DNA of 64,000 nt from an uncultured Verrucomicrobiae bacterium. GTDB taxonomy: Bacteria; Verrucomicrobiota; Verrucomicrobiia; Chthoniobacterales; UBA10450. The stretch lies in assembly GCA_963735805.1 (NCBI GenBank), contig CAVTMK010000003.1:288001-352000 (forward strand), written 5' to 3'. Made by a program: the position numbers and the translations under genes. Below the pieces are notes generated by a model. The model was not told the DNA's origin and made no database searches. It saw only the letters and a list, made by a program, of their open reading frames with translations. Shown in pieces: positions 37,977 to 49,993 of this stretch (position 1 is the first letter of the stretch; each line of letters opens with the position of its first letter).

Positions 37977-38519
37977 TTAGCGGCTGGTTCGGAACTGATC
38001 GTCCTTGTTTTTGAAAAGGATATTGAACGTCGTGAGCGATCCGTAACAGCGGGTGATATATTGTTGCAGGTCGAACTTGTCAGCATCACTTAGTTTGTCG
38101 CTCGCGTTCACCTTCTGCTCGAGGACTCGCAGGTTGTTCCGAATCATCACGATTTTGTGAAAGAATGTCTCGAGCGGCACTTCTTTCGGCTGAAGCGAAC
38201 TATCCGACGGCTGCATGACCAGGGTTCCGCGCTGCCATCGTGTGGCCAAACCTTCTACGACCACATCCTTTTGTTCCAGTCCGAGTGCCTCGACTATTGC
38301 GTGAGCGGTATCGTGGATCAGGTTCGCCAGAGGCACTTCTAACTCGCTTAGCTTAGCCGTCGCCTCTGCCGGTTGGAGATCGGCAGACGCCGGGGCAATT
38401 GTCCGCGGCACGTCCTCAAACGCGATCTCGGCGGTTTGGTCGGTCAGCGATTTCACCACCCCAACGCCGTATTGCGGATGGCGTACCTTCATGCCGATAT
38501 GGAGCGTCTCGATGTTCAT
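37977..38519 (-). CDS. Conserved hypothetical protein with N-terminal SH3-like domain
   Basis: GMKVRHPQYGVGVV; FFHKIVMIRNNLRVLEQ, YITRCYGSLTTFN. Confidence 0.78.
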   Translation of the reverse strand: MNIETLHIGMKVRHPQYGVGVVKSLTDQTAEIAFEDVPRTIAPASADLQPAEATAKLSELEVPLANLIHDTAHAIVEALGLEQKDVVVEGLATRWQRGTLVMQPSDSSLQPKEVPLETFFHKIVMIRNNLRVLEQKVNASDKLSDADKFDLQQYITRCYGSLTTFNILFKNKDDQFRTSR

Positions 38520-38598
38520 GTTGCTCTCGAAGCCTGCGACATCGTCATCGAAAGCGCAACCATCGTCGCTATTCTGGAATCAGATTCCAAGACGGCAT

Positions 38599-39384
38599 TC
38601 AACCGCAGCAGTCTTTCGATGCGCCCTTGTCCTGGGTGCCGTATTCGTCATTGCGGCGCCACCAGACACCGGTCTCGTTTCGTCCCTTGGGCGCGCGATC
38701 GAGCCACTGATACATTCCCCATAGACCGTCCACTCCGCGCGAATACGCGGAATAAGTGTGATAAACGACGCCGTCCTCGAGCACGAACGCGCTCAGGCCC
38801 GGCCGTTCGCGCGTGTACGTCGCCGGATCGGTTCCGCTCATGGCTGCGAAAGTGGTGGCCCCCTCGCCCGCACCTTCCCACGGACCCTCGCGCTCGTAGT
38901 TGTATTCGAAGCCTCCTTCGCGTTGTTGCTCCTCTGTGAACGCGACGCTGAAGTCCGAGTTGAAGTCGCTGCCGAGCGAAGACGCCCACGGAAAGGTCCA
39001 ACGCATCCGCTTCTTGTACGCCTGCAAGTTCACGAGAGGCGCGCTCGAGACCGCCCAAAGCATTACGTCGTGATTGGCCAGGTGCACTGCGATGCCATTG
39101 AAGCCGTCCGCGATGGCTGAGCAGGACGGACACCCCGCTTTGTAATCGGGGCCAAACATGAAATGGTAGACGAGCAGCTGCGAGCGCCCCCGAAAGAGAT
39201 CAGCGAGAGACGCTTTTCCTTCGTCGGTCTCGAATCGGTAATGCTTGTCGACTCGCACCCAGGGCAGCTCCTGCCGCCGCTGCGCCAACTCATCGCCACG
39301 TCGCGTCAGTTCCTTCTCGGCTTTGAGCAGCTCCAGCCGGGCCGCAAGCCACTCTTCACGTGTTCCAGTTTTATGGTCAGTCAT
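38599..39384 (-). CDS. DUF899 family thioredoxin-like protein
   Basis: EEWLAARLELLKAEKE, LLVYHFMFGP, CPSCS, LDRAPKGRNE. Confidence 0.92.
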   Translation of the reverse strand: MTDHKTGTREEWLAARLELLKAEKELTRRGDELAQRRQELPWVRVDKHYRFETDEGKASLADLFRGRSQLLVYHFMFGPDYKAGCPSCSAIADGFNGIAVHLANHDVMLWAVSSAPLVNLQAYKKRMRWTFPWASSLGSDFNSDFSVAFTEEQQREGGFEYNYEREGPWEGAGEGATTFAAMSGTDPATYTRERPGLSAFVLEDGVVYHTYSAYSRGVDGLWGMYQWLDRAPKGRNETGVWWRRNDEYGTQDKGASKDCCG

Positions 39385-39465
39385 CGTTTTCGCTCCTTTC
39401 AGACAAACTGTACGCGATATTCAGCAGGGCGAATTAATTTAGAGCGCGAACTCAATCCATGCAGA

Positions 39466-39885
39466 TCACCCATCAGCACGCGTAGAGGCTGACTTGATAT
39501 CGACTACCGGCGTGCCGTCGAATACCTCGATTGGCCCGATCTTCACGCGCGTGCCTTCAATCTCACGCACGGTGACGGGATGAAGCCCGAGCGGATTGGG
39601 TCGCGCAGGTGAGCGTGTATAAAACACGCCGGTAAGCGGACGGCTCGGATCGCTGCGCGGATGGTTCTTCAGCACATCACGCTTCGCTTCGTGCAACCAC
39701 GTGATGACGATCAGCTCGTCACCGGCTTCCAATCCCAGCAACGCTTCCGCAAATTGCGGTTCGACCTCGAGCCACGCGTCCGGAGCACCCTCCGTTCCCT
39801 GCCGCGGTGCGTCTTCACGGCCCTTCAACGTCGAACGAATAACACCGACCGGCTTCAGTGTGTAAGAGCTCATCTTGCCTGACAT
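39466..39885 (-). CDS. tsaA: TsaA/TrmO-like methyltransferase
   Basis: PVGVIRS, APRQG, GVFYTRSPARPNPLG, DGTPVVDIK. Confidence 0.85.
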   Translation of the reverse strand: MSGKMSSYTLKPVGVIRSTLKGREDAPRQGTEGAPDAWLEVEPQFAEALLGLEAGDELIVITWLHEAKRDVLKNHPRSDPSRPLTGVFYTRSPARPNPLGLHPVTVREIEGTRVKIGPIEVFDGTPVVDIKSASTRADG

Positions 39886-39975
39886 TGTCCCTCTGACAGC
39901 TCGCGGAACCGCCGGAAATCAGCAATCAACAATGGACTCGTGGATGTCACGTTGTCTGCAGTCCGACCAGGCAGG

Positions 39976-42024
<2,049 letters not shown>

Positions 42025-42043
42025 TCAGTCCGGCACCGGACCC

Positions 42044-42130
42044 TCGCTCCCTTCGGCGGCATTACCCGCATCAGGTTCAAGGGGTCTCCAGCTTTACACC
42101 GGACTCTCAGCCATCGCGGCTCCCCCGCAC
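42044..42130 (-). ncRNA. TPP riboswitch
   Basis: Minus strand GGGGAGCC...GGCTGAGA...GACCCC-TTGAACCTGATGCGGGTAATGCCGCCGAAGGGA upstream of thiC. Confidence 0.92.
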
Positions 42131-42227
42131 TATTGCTTCTCGGTCAGAATAGGGCTCGCGCGAACGAAGTCAACGACTGCTGCGCGCGGGTCGTTGGTGA
42201 CCAGTCACTGGATGCAACCTGACGTTG

Positions 42228-42665
42228 CTACTTCGCTGCCGTTCCCTGTTTTATGTTCGTGTGGAAAATCGCCAGCCAATCGTTCCCTTCTTTTTTCCAG
42301 ACCGACCCGGAGTTATACGTGCCGGAAGCATCCTTACCATCGAACGTACCTTCAACTTTCACCGTGTAAGTGGTCACGATCACATCTTTTTCATCAGAGA
42401 AGGCGTCGTAGTTGCCGATGGTAAACGATTTCATGTCCCACTTCTTCATGTCGGCTAATTCTTTATCCAGATTGGAGACACCGTCTTCATAGACGCAGCG
42501 GATATCCTTATCTACGACTTTCTTGAACTCATCGGCTTTCCTGTCTTTAAACGATTGCCAGGCAGCTTTTTCTTTGGCTTCGATCGCGTCCTTGTCCGGA
42601 CTGGCCATCGAAAACGCAATCGTCGCCAAGAATGCGACCATTGTGTAACTGATAAGTTTTCTCAT
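42228..42665 (-). CDS. Secreted NTF2-like (DUF4440) protein
   Basis: EKAAWQSFKD, SVWKKEGNDWLAIFH; paralogue of next gene. Confidence 0.85.
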   Translation of the reverse strand: MRKLISYTMVAFLATIAFSMASPDKDAIEAKEKAAWQSFKDRKADEFKKVVDKDIRCVYEDGVSNLDKELADMKKWDMKSFTIGNYDAFSDEKDVIVTTYTVKVEGTFDGKDASGTYNSGSVWKKEGNDWLAIFHTNIKQGTAAK

Positions 42666-42861
42666 ATGTTCCTTTCGGTTATTGCACCGTCCAGATTACG
42701 GTTCTGCGTCACGCAAGGGCAAACTCAAAACTGCGAATTTCAGCGCTGCGGTTATTGTTTAAAGCGAAACCGACGTGGCGCCATAGCCTGGAGGCCAAAA
42801 CGAGTTAACTGAGGCTTCTGGCACAAGCGCCTTCACAATTTCGCCAATTTTGTGCTTCAGA

Positions 42862-43299
42862 TTATTTCGCTGCCGGCTCTTCCTTCATGTCCGAATGAAA
42901 GATGCCCACCCATTGTCCATTAGCCGTGTGCCAGACCGACCCAACGTTATAAGTCCCGGAGACGTCTTTACCGTCTACCGTCGCCTCGATCTTAGCCTTA
43001 TACGTAATGATGGCAGTCTTCTTATTCGGAAACACGACGTTGAAATCGCTTAAATCGAACGATTTCATGTCTGTCTTCGACATACCATCCACTTCTTGTT
43101 GCAGGCTGTGCATTCCGTCGGCATAAACGGTCACCAGGTCCGCGGAAAGAAGCTTCTTGAATTCGTCCGTCTTCTTGTCCTTGAAGGCCTGCCAGGCAGC
43201 TTTTTCCTTGGAGATAATCGCGTCCTTGTCGTCGGGCGCGGCGAATGAAATCGCGATGGTCGCGAGGAGCGCGGTTGTAATGTACGTAATCAGTTTCAT
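42862..43299 (-). CDS. Secreted NTF2-like (DUF4440) protein
   Basis: EKAAWQAFKD, SVWHTANGQWVGIFH. Confidence 0.85.
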   Translation of the reverse strand: MKLITYITTALLATIAISFAAPDDKDAIISKEKAAWQAFKDKKTDEFKKLLSADLVTVYADGMHSLQQEVDGMSKTDMKSFDLSDFNVVFPNKKTAIITYKAKIEATVDGKDVSGTYNVGSVWHTANGQWVGIFHSDMKEEPAAK

Positions 43300-43458
43300 G
43301 AGGTTGTTCCTTTTGTTGAGATTGAATTTGAAGATTAGCCTGCCGCGTCCAACCAGAGTCAAGGTTAATCAAAGGGATCGAAGCTAGCGGCTTACGAGTT
43401 GGCCCAAATGATACGGACATCGGGCCGCGATGTCCGGATGCTGCAGCGCGGCCTCTTC

Positions 43459-44655
43459 TCAGGGCACGATGGGCGCCGACTCGAGCGACACCCTCGGCGA
43501 AGGAGTAGACGCCTGTTGCGGCTGAGGAAACTTCGATTTGCCAACCAGATCCATCAGACTTGTATCCGCTTCCTTCAATTCCGCGTCCTGAACCACGAAT
43601 TCGTTCGGATCTAACTTGTTCTGTTTGCGATAATCCGCCACGAGCAGTGGCGGTTGTTTCCTGGTTCCCAAGGCGCGGTAACTCTCAATCCCGACGCCGA
43701 TCGCGTGGGCAAGCCTTGCGCGCCATTCTTTTTGGGCAATCAACTTACACTCTCCCTGTTCTGTGAGGAACCCGCCTTCAATCAGCACCGCCGGCACTTT
43801 TGTCAGACGCAGCACGGCAAAGCGCGCGCGCTTGATGCCCCGGTCGTACTCGGGAAGGTGACCGAGCAGCGAATGATAAATGCAAGCCGAAAGCGCCGTA
43901 CTTTGCGCATCTACGGAGCTGCCAGGTTGCGCGCTGAGAGCGCTGGGAGCCACTGCACTTTCAGAGGTGGATGGCGCTCCGCGTGGCGTAAACGAAAAAA
44001 TCTCGAAGCCCGTGGCGTTTGGATCATCATTGGTCGCATTGAAATGAATACTGACGAAAATCGAATCGCGCGCAGAATTAGCGATCTGCGCCCGCACTTC
44101 CAATGGCACAAAGTAATCGCCCTCGCGTGTCATGATCACGCGCAGTCCTTTTGCCTGTAACAGCGGGCGGAGTTTTCGCGCCACGTCGAGCGCGAAATCT
44201 TTTTCGTATCCGTAACGGCTCACCTGTCCCCGGTCGTAACCGCCATGTCCCGGATCCAGGACGACGGTCTGAACCTTGCCGGCATTTGGAACGCGATGCG
44301 GCCGCACCAGCGGCTCGATGGTTTTGGCCACGTCAGTGCGCGAAACCAGATATTTTCCATCGTGTTCGATCACCGGAAAGCACAGCCAACTGCGCGCCCC
44401 GTTGATCATGGCCTCGCGGCTTCCACTGACGAATTCCAGCGGATTCTTCACTGTGTCGGCTTCCCCTTTCTCACCGGAAGCGGCGATGCCCGCGGGCAAT
44501 CCGTAAAACTGCGCGACGTTTTCGACGCTTAGATAGTCGCTACCGCTTACCTTGATAATCTTCCAACCATCCGCAGCGAATGCTGCTGTTTGCAATATCG
44601 CAACGACACCGGCCAGGAACGCGACCGCGAACCATCGTTTCACCGGGAGGACCAT
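43459..44655 (-). CDS. N-acetylmuramoyl-L-alanine amidase (Amidase_3)
   Basis: VVLDPGHGG, EKD, FVSIHFN, PAVLIEGGF. Confidence 0.93.
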   Translation of the reverse strand: MVLPVKRWFAVAFLAGVVAILQTAAFAADGWKIIKVSGSDYLSVENVAQFYGLPAGIAASGEKGEADTVKNPLEFVSGSREAMINGARSWLCFPVIEHDGKYLVSRTDVAKTIEPLVRPHRVPNAGKVQTVVLDPGHGGYDRGQVSRYGYEKDFALDVARKLRPLLQAKGLRVIMTREGDYFVPLEVRAQIANSARDSIFVSIHFNATNDDPNATGFEIFSFTPRGAPSTSESAVAPSALSAQPGSSVDAQSTALSACIYHSLLGHLPEYDRGIKRARFAVLRLTKVPAVLIEGGFLTEQGECKLIAQKEWRARLAHAIGVGIESYRALGTRKQPPLLVADYRKQNKLDPNEFVVQDAELKEADTSLMDLVGKSKFPQPQQASTPSPRVSLESAPIVP

Positions 44656-44836
44656 GCGTGCGCAATTGTATCGGAAACCTCGCCAATCTCAAGGAATGAC
44701 GACTTCACGCCGTTATGCTCGAATTTTGGACGGCCTGCCCGAGTTCACCTCGGCGAATCTGTCCTGTGGCGGAGCGACGTTCTTGTTCGTTGAAACTGGC
44801 AATTGACATACTGATTTTTCGCGTTAAAAACCGGAA

Positions 44837-45766
44837 ATGTTTTTGTCTCCCCAACGTACTACCGGTTTTCGGATCGTATCGCTCGTGATTGGGGCAACAC
44901 TTCTCTTGGCGATGCCCGCTCGCGCCGAGCATCGGCTCCCGAAATGTTGCGTTTGGCGGGTGACCAATGCGAAGGCGCCATTTTATCTTGTGGGCTCAAT
45001 CCATGCGCTGAGCAAAAATGATTATCCACTCCCAGGGCCGTACGAGATTGCGTTAAGAGACAGCAAACGTTTCCTCTTCGAATTTGATCCAAATCGACAT
45101 GTCGAATTCGAAAGGAAATTTGAAGCGGCCGGGAAATATCCGCCCGGACAAGATATACGCTCGAAAATTCATCCGGATCTCTTGGCGTGGCTCCGCGAAA
45201 ATATTTTCACCGTTCAAGCCGAGGCTCGCCGGGGCAAACGCGGACAGGTCGCGACCTTCGATAGCGAGTTTGCCTACAAACCCTGGTGGATCGCACAGCA
45301 CCTCGTCGGCCCGGTGACCTACACCAAGAGCTCGTTATCGCACGGTTTGGACAATTACTTCGTGGATCATGCCACAAGAACAAGAAAGGAAATCGCCGGG
45401 CTGGAATCAGTGGACGAGCACGTTGCCGTTATGGGCGGATTGTCTGATCGCGACAGCGAATTCATTCTGCGTGATGCCTTGGACGAGCCCAGGAATGCCG
45501 AAAAGGAATTCAACAGGATGCACAAAGCCTGGCGCAAAGGCGATACCGATGCGCTTTGGGCGGGTGACAGCCGGTTACGAACACGGGCTCCCTGGATCGC
45601 AGCGCGGCTTGTCGATAACCGTAACGTAAAATGGGTTCCACGAATCGAAGCGGAACTGAAGCGTGGCAAACCGACTGCGGTTGTCGCAGGCGCACTACAC
45701 TTTTCCGGTCCGAATAGCGTCATAAAATTGCTGGAGAAGCACGGATACACGATCGAACAGCTGTAG
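44837..45766 (+). CDS. TraB/GumN family protein
   Basis: YLVGSIH, GLES, RNVKW, GALHFSG. Confidence 0.88.
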   Translation: MFLSPQRTTGFRIVSLVIGATLLLAMPARAEHRLPKCCVWRVTNAKAPFYLVGSIHALSKNDYPLPGPYEIALRDSKRFLFEFDPNRHVEFERKFEAAGKYPPGQDIRSKIHPDLLAWLRENIFTVQAEARRGKRGQVATFDSEFAYKPWWIAQHLVGPVTYTKSSLSHGLDNYFVDHATRTRKEIAGLESVDEHVAVMGGLSDRDSEFILRDALDEPRNAEKEFNRMHKAWRKGDTDALWAGDSRLRTRAPWIAARLVDNRNVKWVPRIEAELKRGKPTAVVAGALHFSGPNSVIKLLEKHGYTIEQL

Positions 45767-45789
45767 GGTGTAGCGAACGCCGCCCGGTC

Positions 45790-46989
45790 TCAGACCAGGG
45801 TCTTGTACAGCGCTCTCGTTTTTTGTGCGATTGACGTCCAGCTGAAATGTTCCTCCACACGTTTGCGACCGGTTTTGCCGAATTTTTCGCGCAATTGTCG
45901 ATCTTTCATTAACTGATTGATGCGCGCGGCGAGCGCCCGCGCAAATTTTTCAGGATCTGTCGGCTCGAACGAGCCTCCCTTTGTTTGTCCAAGCGGAACG
46001 AGGAATCCGGTTTCGCCCTCGACAACGACTTCTTTGATTCCGCCAACGGCGCTCGCAACCACCGCGGTTTCGCACGCCATTGCCTCAAGATTAATAATGC
46101 CGAACGGTTCATAGATCGACGGACAAACGAAAACGGCTGCGTGTGAGTAAAGTTCGCGGGTCGCCGCCTGGTCAACCATTTCATTGATCCAGATGACTCC
46201 CGGTCGCCGGGCTTTTGCGTGTTTCACCGCGGCCTTCATTTCTTCCCCCACTTCCGGCGTGTCCGGCGCGGCGGCGCACAGGACAATTTGGAAGCCGGGA
46301 TCCATAAACTGGATTGCGCGCAGAAGGTGCTGGACTCCTTTCTGGCGCGTGATCCGGCCGACAAACAGCAGATACGGTTTATCTGGATCGACTCCGTATC
46401 GTTTCAGCGCGGCGATGGAATCGACCTTCCGATATTGTTCCAGATCGATTCCGTTGTGAATCACGTGCACGTGCATGGGATCCACATCGAATAATCGCTC
46501 GATATCGCCTTTGGTCTCGCGAGAGACAGCAATGATCGCGTCCGCCATCTCCAACGCAGTCTTCTCAACCCAAAGCGAGAAATCGTAACCACCAGCGAGT
46601 TGCTCGCGCTTCCACGGTCGAAGCGGCTCCAGCGAGTGGACCGTAATCACGAGTGGAATGCCATAATTCTTTTTGGCAAGAATCCCGCCGAAATGGCTGT
46701 ACCAGGTGTGACAATGCACAAGATTGGCGTCGATATTCGTTGTGTTGAAGTCCGTGCAACGCCGCACTGCGCCGAAAACGGAGCGCAGCGGCTTCGGGCA
46801 GGTGAAATTGCTCGTGTCAACTTCGTAGCCAGTGACCTTGAGATTGCCTTGGTCAAGGCGCTGATCGCCAAAGCAACGAACCTCCACCGGCATCATTTTC
46901 GCCAGTTCGCGCGAAAGAAAGCCGACGTGAACGCCCGCGCCGCCATAAATGTGCGGCGGATACTCATTGGTAAGGAAAAGGACTTTCAA
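45790..46989 (-). CDS. glgA: GT4 glycogen synthase / maltose-1-phosphate synthase (GlgA/GlgM type)
   Basis: EYPPHIYGGAGVHV, HSLEPLRPWKREQL, GRITRQKG, YEPFGIINLEAM; TTG start. Confidence 0.88.
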   Translation of the reverse strand: MKVLFLTNEYPPHIYGGAGVHVGFLSRELAKMMPVEVRCFGDQRLDQGNLKVTGYEVDTSNFTCPKPLRSVFGAVRRCTDFNTTNIDANLVHCHTWYSHFGGILAKKNYGIPLVITVHSLEPLRPWKREQLAGGYDFSLWVEKTALEMADAIIAVSRETKGDIERLFDVDPMHVHVIHNGIDLEQYRKVDSIAALKRYGVDPDKPYLLFVGRITRQKGVQHLLRAIQFMDPGFQIVLCAAAPDTPEVGEEMKAAVKHAKARRPGVIWINEMVDQAATRELYSHAAVFVCPSIYEPFGIINLEAMACETAVVASAVGGIKEVVVEGETGFLVPLGQTKGGSFEPTDPEKFARALAARINQLMKDRQLREKFGKTGRKRVEEHFSWTSIAQKTRALYKTLV

Positions 46990-47102
46990 GCGGGAGGAAG
47001 AATTAAATGGCGAAGCGTGAATGTCGAATGACGAATTAATGGCGAAGTTCGAATAACAAACAGCCGCGCCCGAGATCGAGTCGCCTTCGCTTCGTTATTG
47101 GT

Positions 47103-47561
47103 TCATTGCTTTGTCGTTTGGGTTTCCGTCATTTCCTGGCTTTTCAGTTTCAACAACAACACCGGCACATCCACTTCGTGGCGTACCTTATCGACAGTTG
47201 CCCCGTAAAGTATGTCGCTGATGAAGCGGTGGCCGTGGGTTGTCATCGCAATCAGGTCGATGTCTTTTTCGCGGGCCAGTTTGATGATCTCGTCGGAAGG
47301 TTCGCCCAGCGCCAGGACGGCGTCGCACGAAAAACCCTCACCAGTCAACTCGCGAACTCGTTTTTCCAGATAGGCGCGGTCGTCTTTCATCTCCTGGCTC
47401 TCGGCCAGCTGGAGTTGATTGAAATTACGCGCCACCCACCCATCGGCCACATGGACAAGCAGCAACCTCGCGCCAGACATGCGCGCAAGCGGTCTGATGT
47501 GCATCAGGATGGTCTCATCCGCCGGGCTGTTTTCGAGTGGGATGAGAATGTGCTTATACAT
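47103..47561 (-). CDS. Universal stress protein
   Basis: MYKHILIPL, LLLVHV, IAMTTHGH, YGATVDKV. Confidence 0.9.
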   Translation of the reverse strand: MYKHILIPLENSPADETILMHIRPLARMSGARLLLVHVADGWVARNFNQLQLAESQEMKDDRAYLEKRVRELTGEGFSCDAVLALGEPSDEIIKLAREKDIDLIAMTTHGHRFISDILYGATVDKVRHEVDVPVLLLKLKSQEMTETQTTKQ

Positions 47562-47606
47562 GGCTTCGCTGCATCAAATCGTCCAACTCGAGCTTTGTCA
47601 TATTGT

Positions 47607-49010
47607 TTATCCGGGAGCTGGTAACTTAAGAAAATTGTAGAAGGCGTTGAGCACCGAGTCTGGCAAAAACGTATCCAGCAGGAGCTTCACATTCAGCACG
47701 ATGATAATGCCGGCAGTTGTCCAGCCGAGAATTTTTATCCATATACGGTTCGCGAACTCGCCCATTTTCGTCTTTTCATTCGTAAACCTCATCAGCGGCC
47801 AAACGGCGAAACCGAGTTGCATGCTTAAACAGACCTGACTGGCAATGAGCAGTTCCGTTGTTTTGCCTTCGCCGAAAACTCCTATTACGACTACTGCTGG
47901 AATGATGGCAATCAGTCGCGTGATCAACCGTCGCAACCACGGAGTGATCCGGAAGTTGAGAAATCCTTCCATGACGATCTGGCCGGCCAGCGTGCCGGTA
48001 AGAGTGGAGTTTTGACCGGACGCAAGCAGCGCTACCGCAAAAAGGACGCTGGCCACTCCGACACCCAGCAGCGGGCTAAGCAATCTGTACGCGTCCTGAA
48101 TTTCGGCTACCTCCTGGTGCCCGGACCAGTGGAAAGCTGCCGCCGCCAAGATCAGAATCGCAGCATTAATGAACAACGCCAGCATGAGCGCAGCGCTCGA
48201 ATCGATCGTGGCAAACTTGATCGCTTCCCGTCTACCCTGTGGCGTTTGCTCGAACTTGCGGGTCTGCACTATGGACGAGTGCAGATACAGATTATGCGGC
48301 ATCACCGTGGCGCCCAAAATCCCGATACTGACATAGAGCATCGCCTGGTTTGAGACGATGCGCGGGCCCGGAACAAATCCGAGCAGGATACCGGTCAGGC
48401 TCGGTTTGGAAAAGATCAGTTCGGCAGTGAAACAGCCACCAATAACAATAATCAGTGTGATGACAATCGCTTCGATGTAGCGAAAACCTTTGGTCTGCAG
48501 ATACAACACCAGGAGCACATCCGACGCGGTGATGAGGCAACCCCATAACAACGGGATGCCAAAAAGAAGTTGCAACCCGATCGCCGAGCCGACGACCTCG
48601 GCCAGATCGCATGCCGCGATCGCGATCTCGCAAAGAATCCACAGGAACCAGACGGTGGGTGTCGCGTAATGATCACGGCAGGCCTGCGCCAGATCCCGCC
48701 CCGTGGCTACGCCGAGCTTGATGCACAAATGCTGCAGCAGGATCGCCATTAGATTGGAGATCATGATCACAGCCAAAAGCGCGTAGCCGAACTGTGCGCC
48801 GCCGGCGAGATCGGTGGCCCAGTTGCCCGGGTCCATGTAGCCCACTGCGACCAGGAATCCGGGCCCAGTGAATGCCGCCAGCTTTCTCCAGAACGAAGGA
48901 GTCCCCGGGACGACGATGCTCCTGTGGACTTCGGGCAGTGAAACTTGGCCGGCGCTTCTGCGCCAGGCCGCCCCCGCCTGCTCCCTCGCCCTGTTGTTAG
49001 ATCTGTTCAC
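47607..49010 (-). CDS. mntH: Nramp family Mn2+ transporter
   Basis: YMDPGNW, MPHNLYLHSS, GQIVMEGF. Confidence 0.95.
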   Translation of the reverse strand: MNRSNNRAREQAGAAWRRSAGQVSLPEVHRSIVVPGTPSFWRKLAAFTGPGFLVAVGYMDPGNWATDLAGGAQFGYALLAVIMISNLMAILLQHLCIKLGVATGRDLAQACRDHYATPTVWFLWILCEIAIAACDLAEVVGSAIGLQLLFGIPLLWGCLITASDVLLVLYLQTKGFRYIEAIVITLIIVIGGCFTAELIFSKPSLTGILLGFVPGPRIVSNQAMLYVSIGILGATVMPHNLYLHSSIVQTRKFEQTPQGRREAIKFATIDSSAALMLALFINAAILILAAAAFHWSGHQEVAEIQDAYRLLSPLLGVGVASVLFAVALLASGQNSTLTGTLAGQIVMEGFLNFRITPWLRRLITRLIAIIPAVVVIGVFGEGKTTELLIASQVCLSMQLGFAVWPLMRFTNEKTKMGEFANRIWIKILGWTTAGIIIVLNVKLLLDTFLPDSVLNAFYNFLKLPAPG

Positions 49011-49032
49011 CGGTCTAGGTTTGTATCGAATC

Positions 49033-49046
49033 TTAGGCTAGCCAAA
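49033..49046. promoter_or_regulatory. Putative DtxR/MntR-type operator
   Basis: TTAGGCTAGCCAAA, 12/14 match to the DtxR core TTAGGTTAGCCTAA, between divergent mntH and mntR. Confidence 0.6.
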
Positions 49047-49131
49047 CTTATTTTTATCACATTATAATTTTATTCGTCTACAATTATTTATTTGTTTGAC
49101 TATCTGACTGTGAATTTCTATTTTTCGAATC

Positions 49132-49572
49132 ATGCGGCGCAAAAACACTTCTAACTCGGCGCTGGGCAGTTCCACTGCGGTCGAGGATTATCTGGAACGC
49201 ATCCTCGAATTGATTAACTCAAAGGGTTATGCCCGCGTGGTTGACATCGCAGCCGCATTGAAGATTTCCCAGGCGAGCGTGACTAACATGGTCCAGAAAC
49301 TGGACGCCGAGGGCCTGCTAAAATACGAAAAATATCGCGGACTTATTTTGACCGCGGCAGGTAAGAGCCTGGCCCATAAGATTGCCCAACGGCACAAACT
49401 ACTGACTGATTTTCTCGGGCTGCTGGGCCTCGATGACCGCGTCATTTATCACGATGTCGAGGGAATGGAGCATTACATTAGTGCTCCTACTCTGCGCGCA
49501 ATTGAAGCTCTCACCGTTCAACTGCGGCGCCGACCGGCGTTGCTGGCGCAATTACAAGCAGGAATGGCGTAG
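49132..49572 (+). CDS. mntR: DtxR/MntR family regulator
   Basis: EDYLERI, SVTNMVQKL, RHKLLTDFL, DVEGMEH. Confidence 0.9.
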   Translation: MRRKNTSNSALGSSTAVEDYLERILELINSKGYARVVDIAAALKISQASVTNMVQKLDAEGLLKYEKYRGLILTAAGKSLAHKIAQRHKLLTDFLGLLGLDDRVIYHDVEGMEHYISAPTLRAIEALTVQLRRRPALLAQLQAGMA

Positions 49573-49577
49573 CCGCC

Positions 49578-49991
49578 ATGAGAAAGAAAAAGATCTCATC
49601 GCGTGGGGCTGCAATTCCCGTGCGCGCGCTCGATTTCGTGATGTATAACACGAAAAACATCCGCCGATCTCGGGCTTTCTATCAGAAGCTTTTTGGTCTC
49701 AAGCGCGGGGAGGAGTGGAACGATTTCTGGAGTGAGTTTGCCACCGGATCGTTGACCCTCTGTCTCAACGGCACGGGACATAAACGTCATCCCGAATGGG
49801 ACTGGAGCGGGCCGGCGTGCGTCGCGTTAGCGGTAGATGACGTTCGCGCTGCGATCGCTGTCTGTCGCAAACGCCGGGTCAAAGTCCTCATCGAACCAGT
49901 TGAGACGAGCGTATGCTGGATGGCGTGGATTGCGGACCCGGATGGCAACCGGATTTGCCTGCATTCGCGCAAAGATGGTACGGCTGGATAG
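49578..49991 (+). CDS. VOC family protein
   Basis: RAFYQKLFGL, LAVDDV, DPDGNRICLH. Confidence 0.85.
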   Translation: MRKKKISSRGAAIPVRALDFVMYNTKNIRRSRAFYQKLFGLKRGEEWNDFWSEFATGSLTLCLNGTGHKRHPEWDWSGPACVALAVDDVRAAIAVCRKRRVKVLIEPVETSVCWMAWIADPDGNRICLHSRKDGTAG

Positions 49992-49993
49992 AG

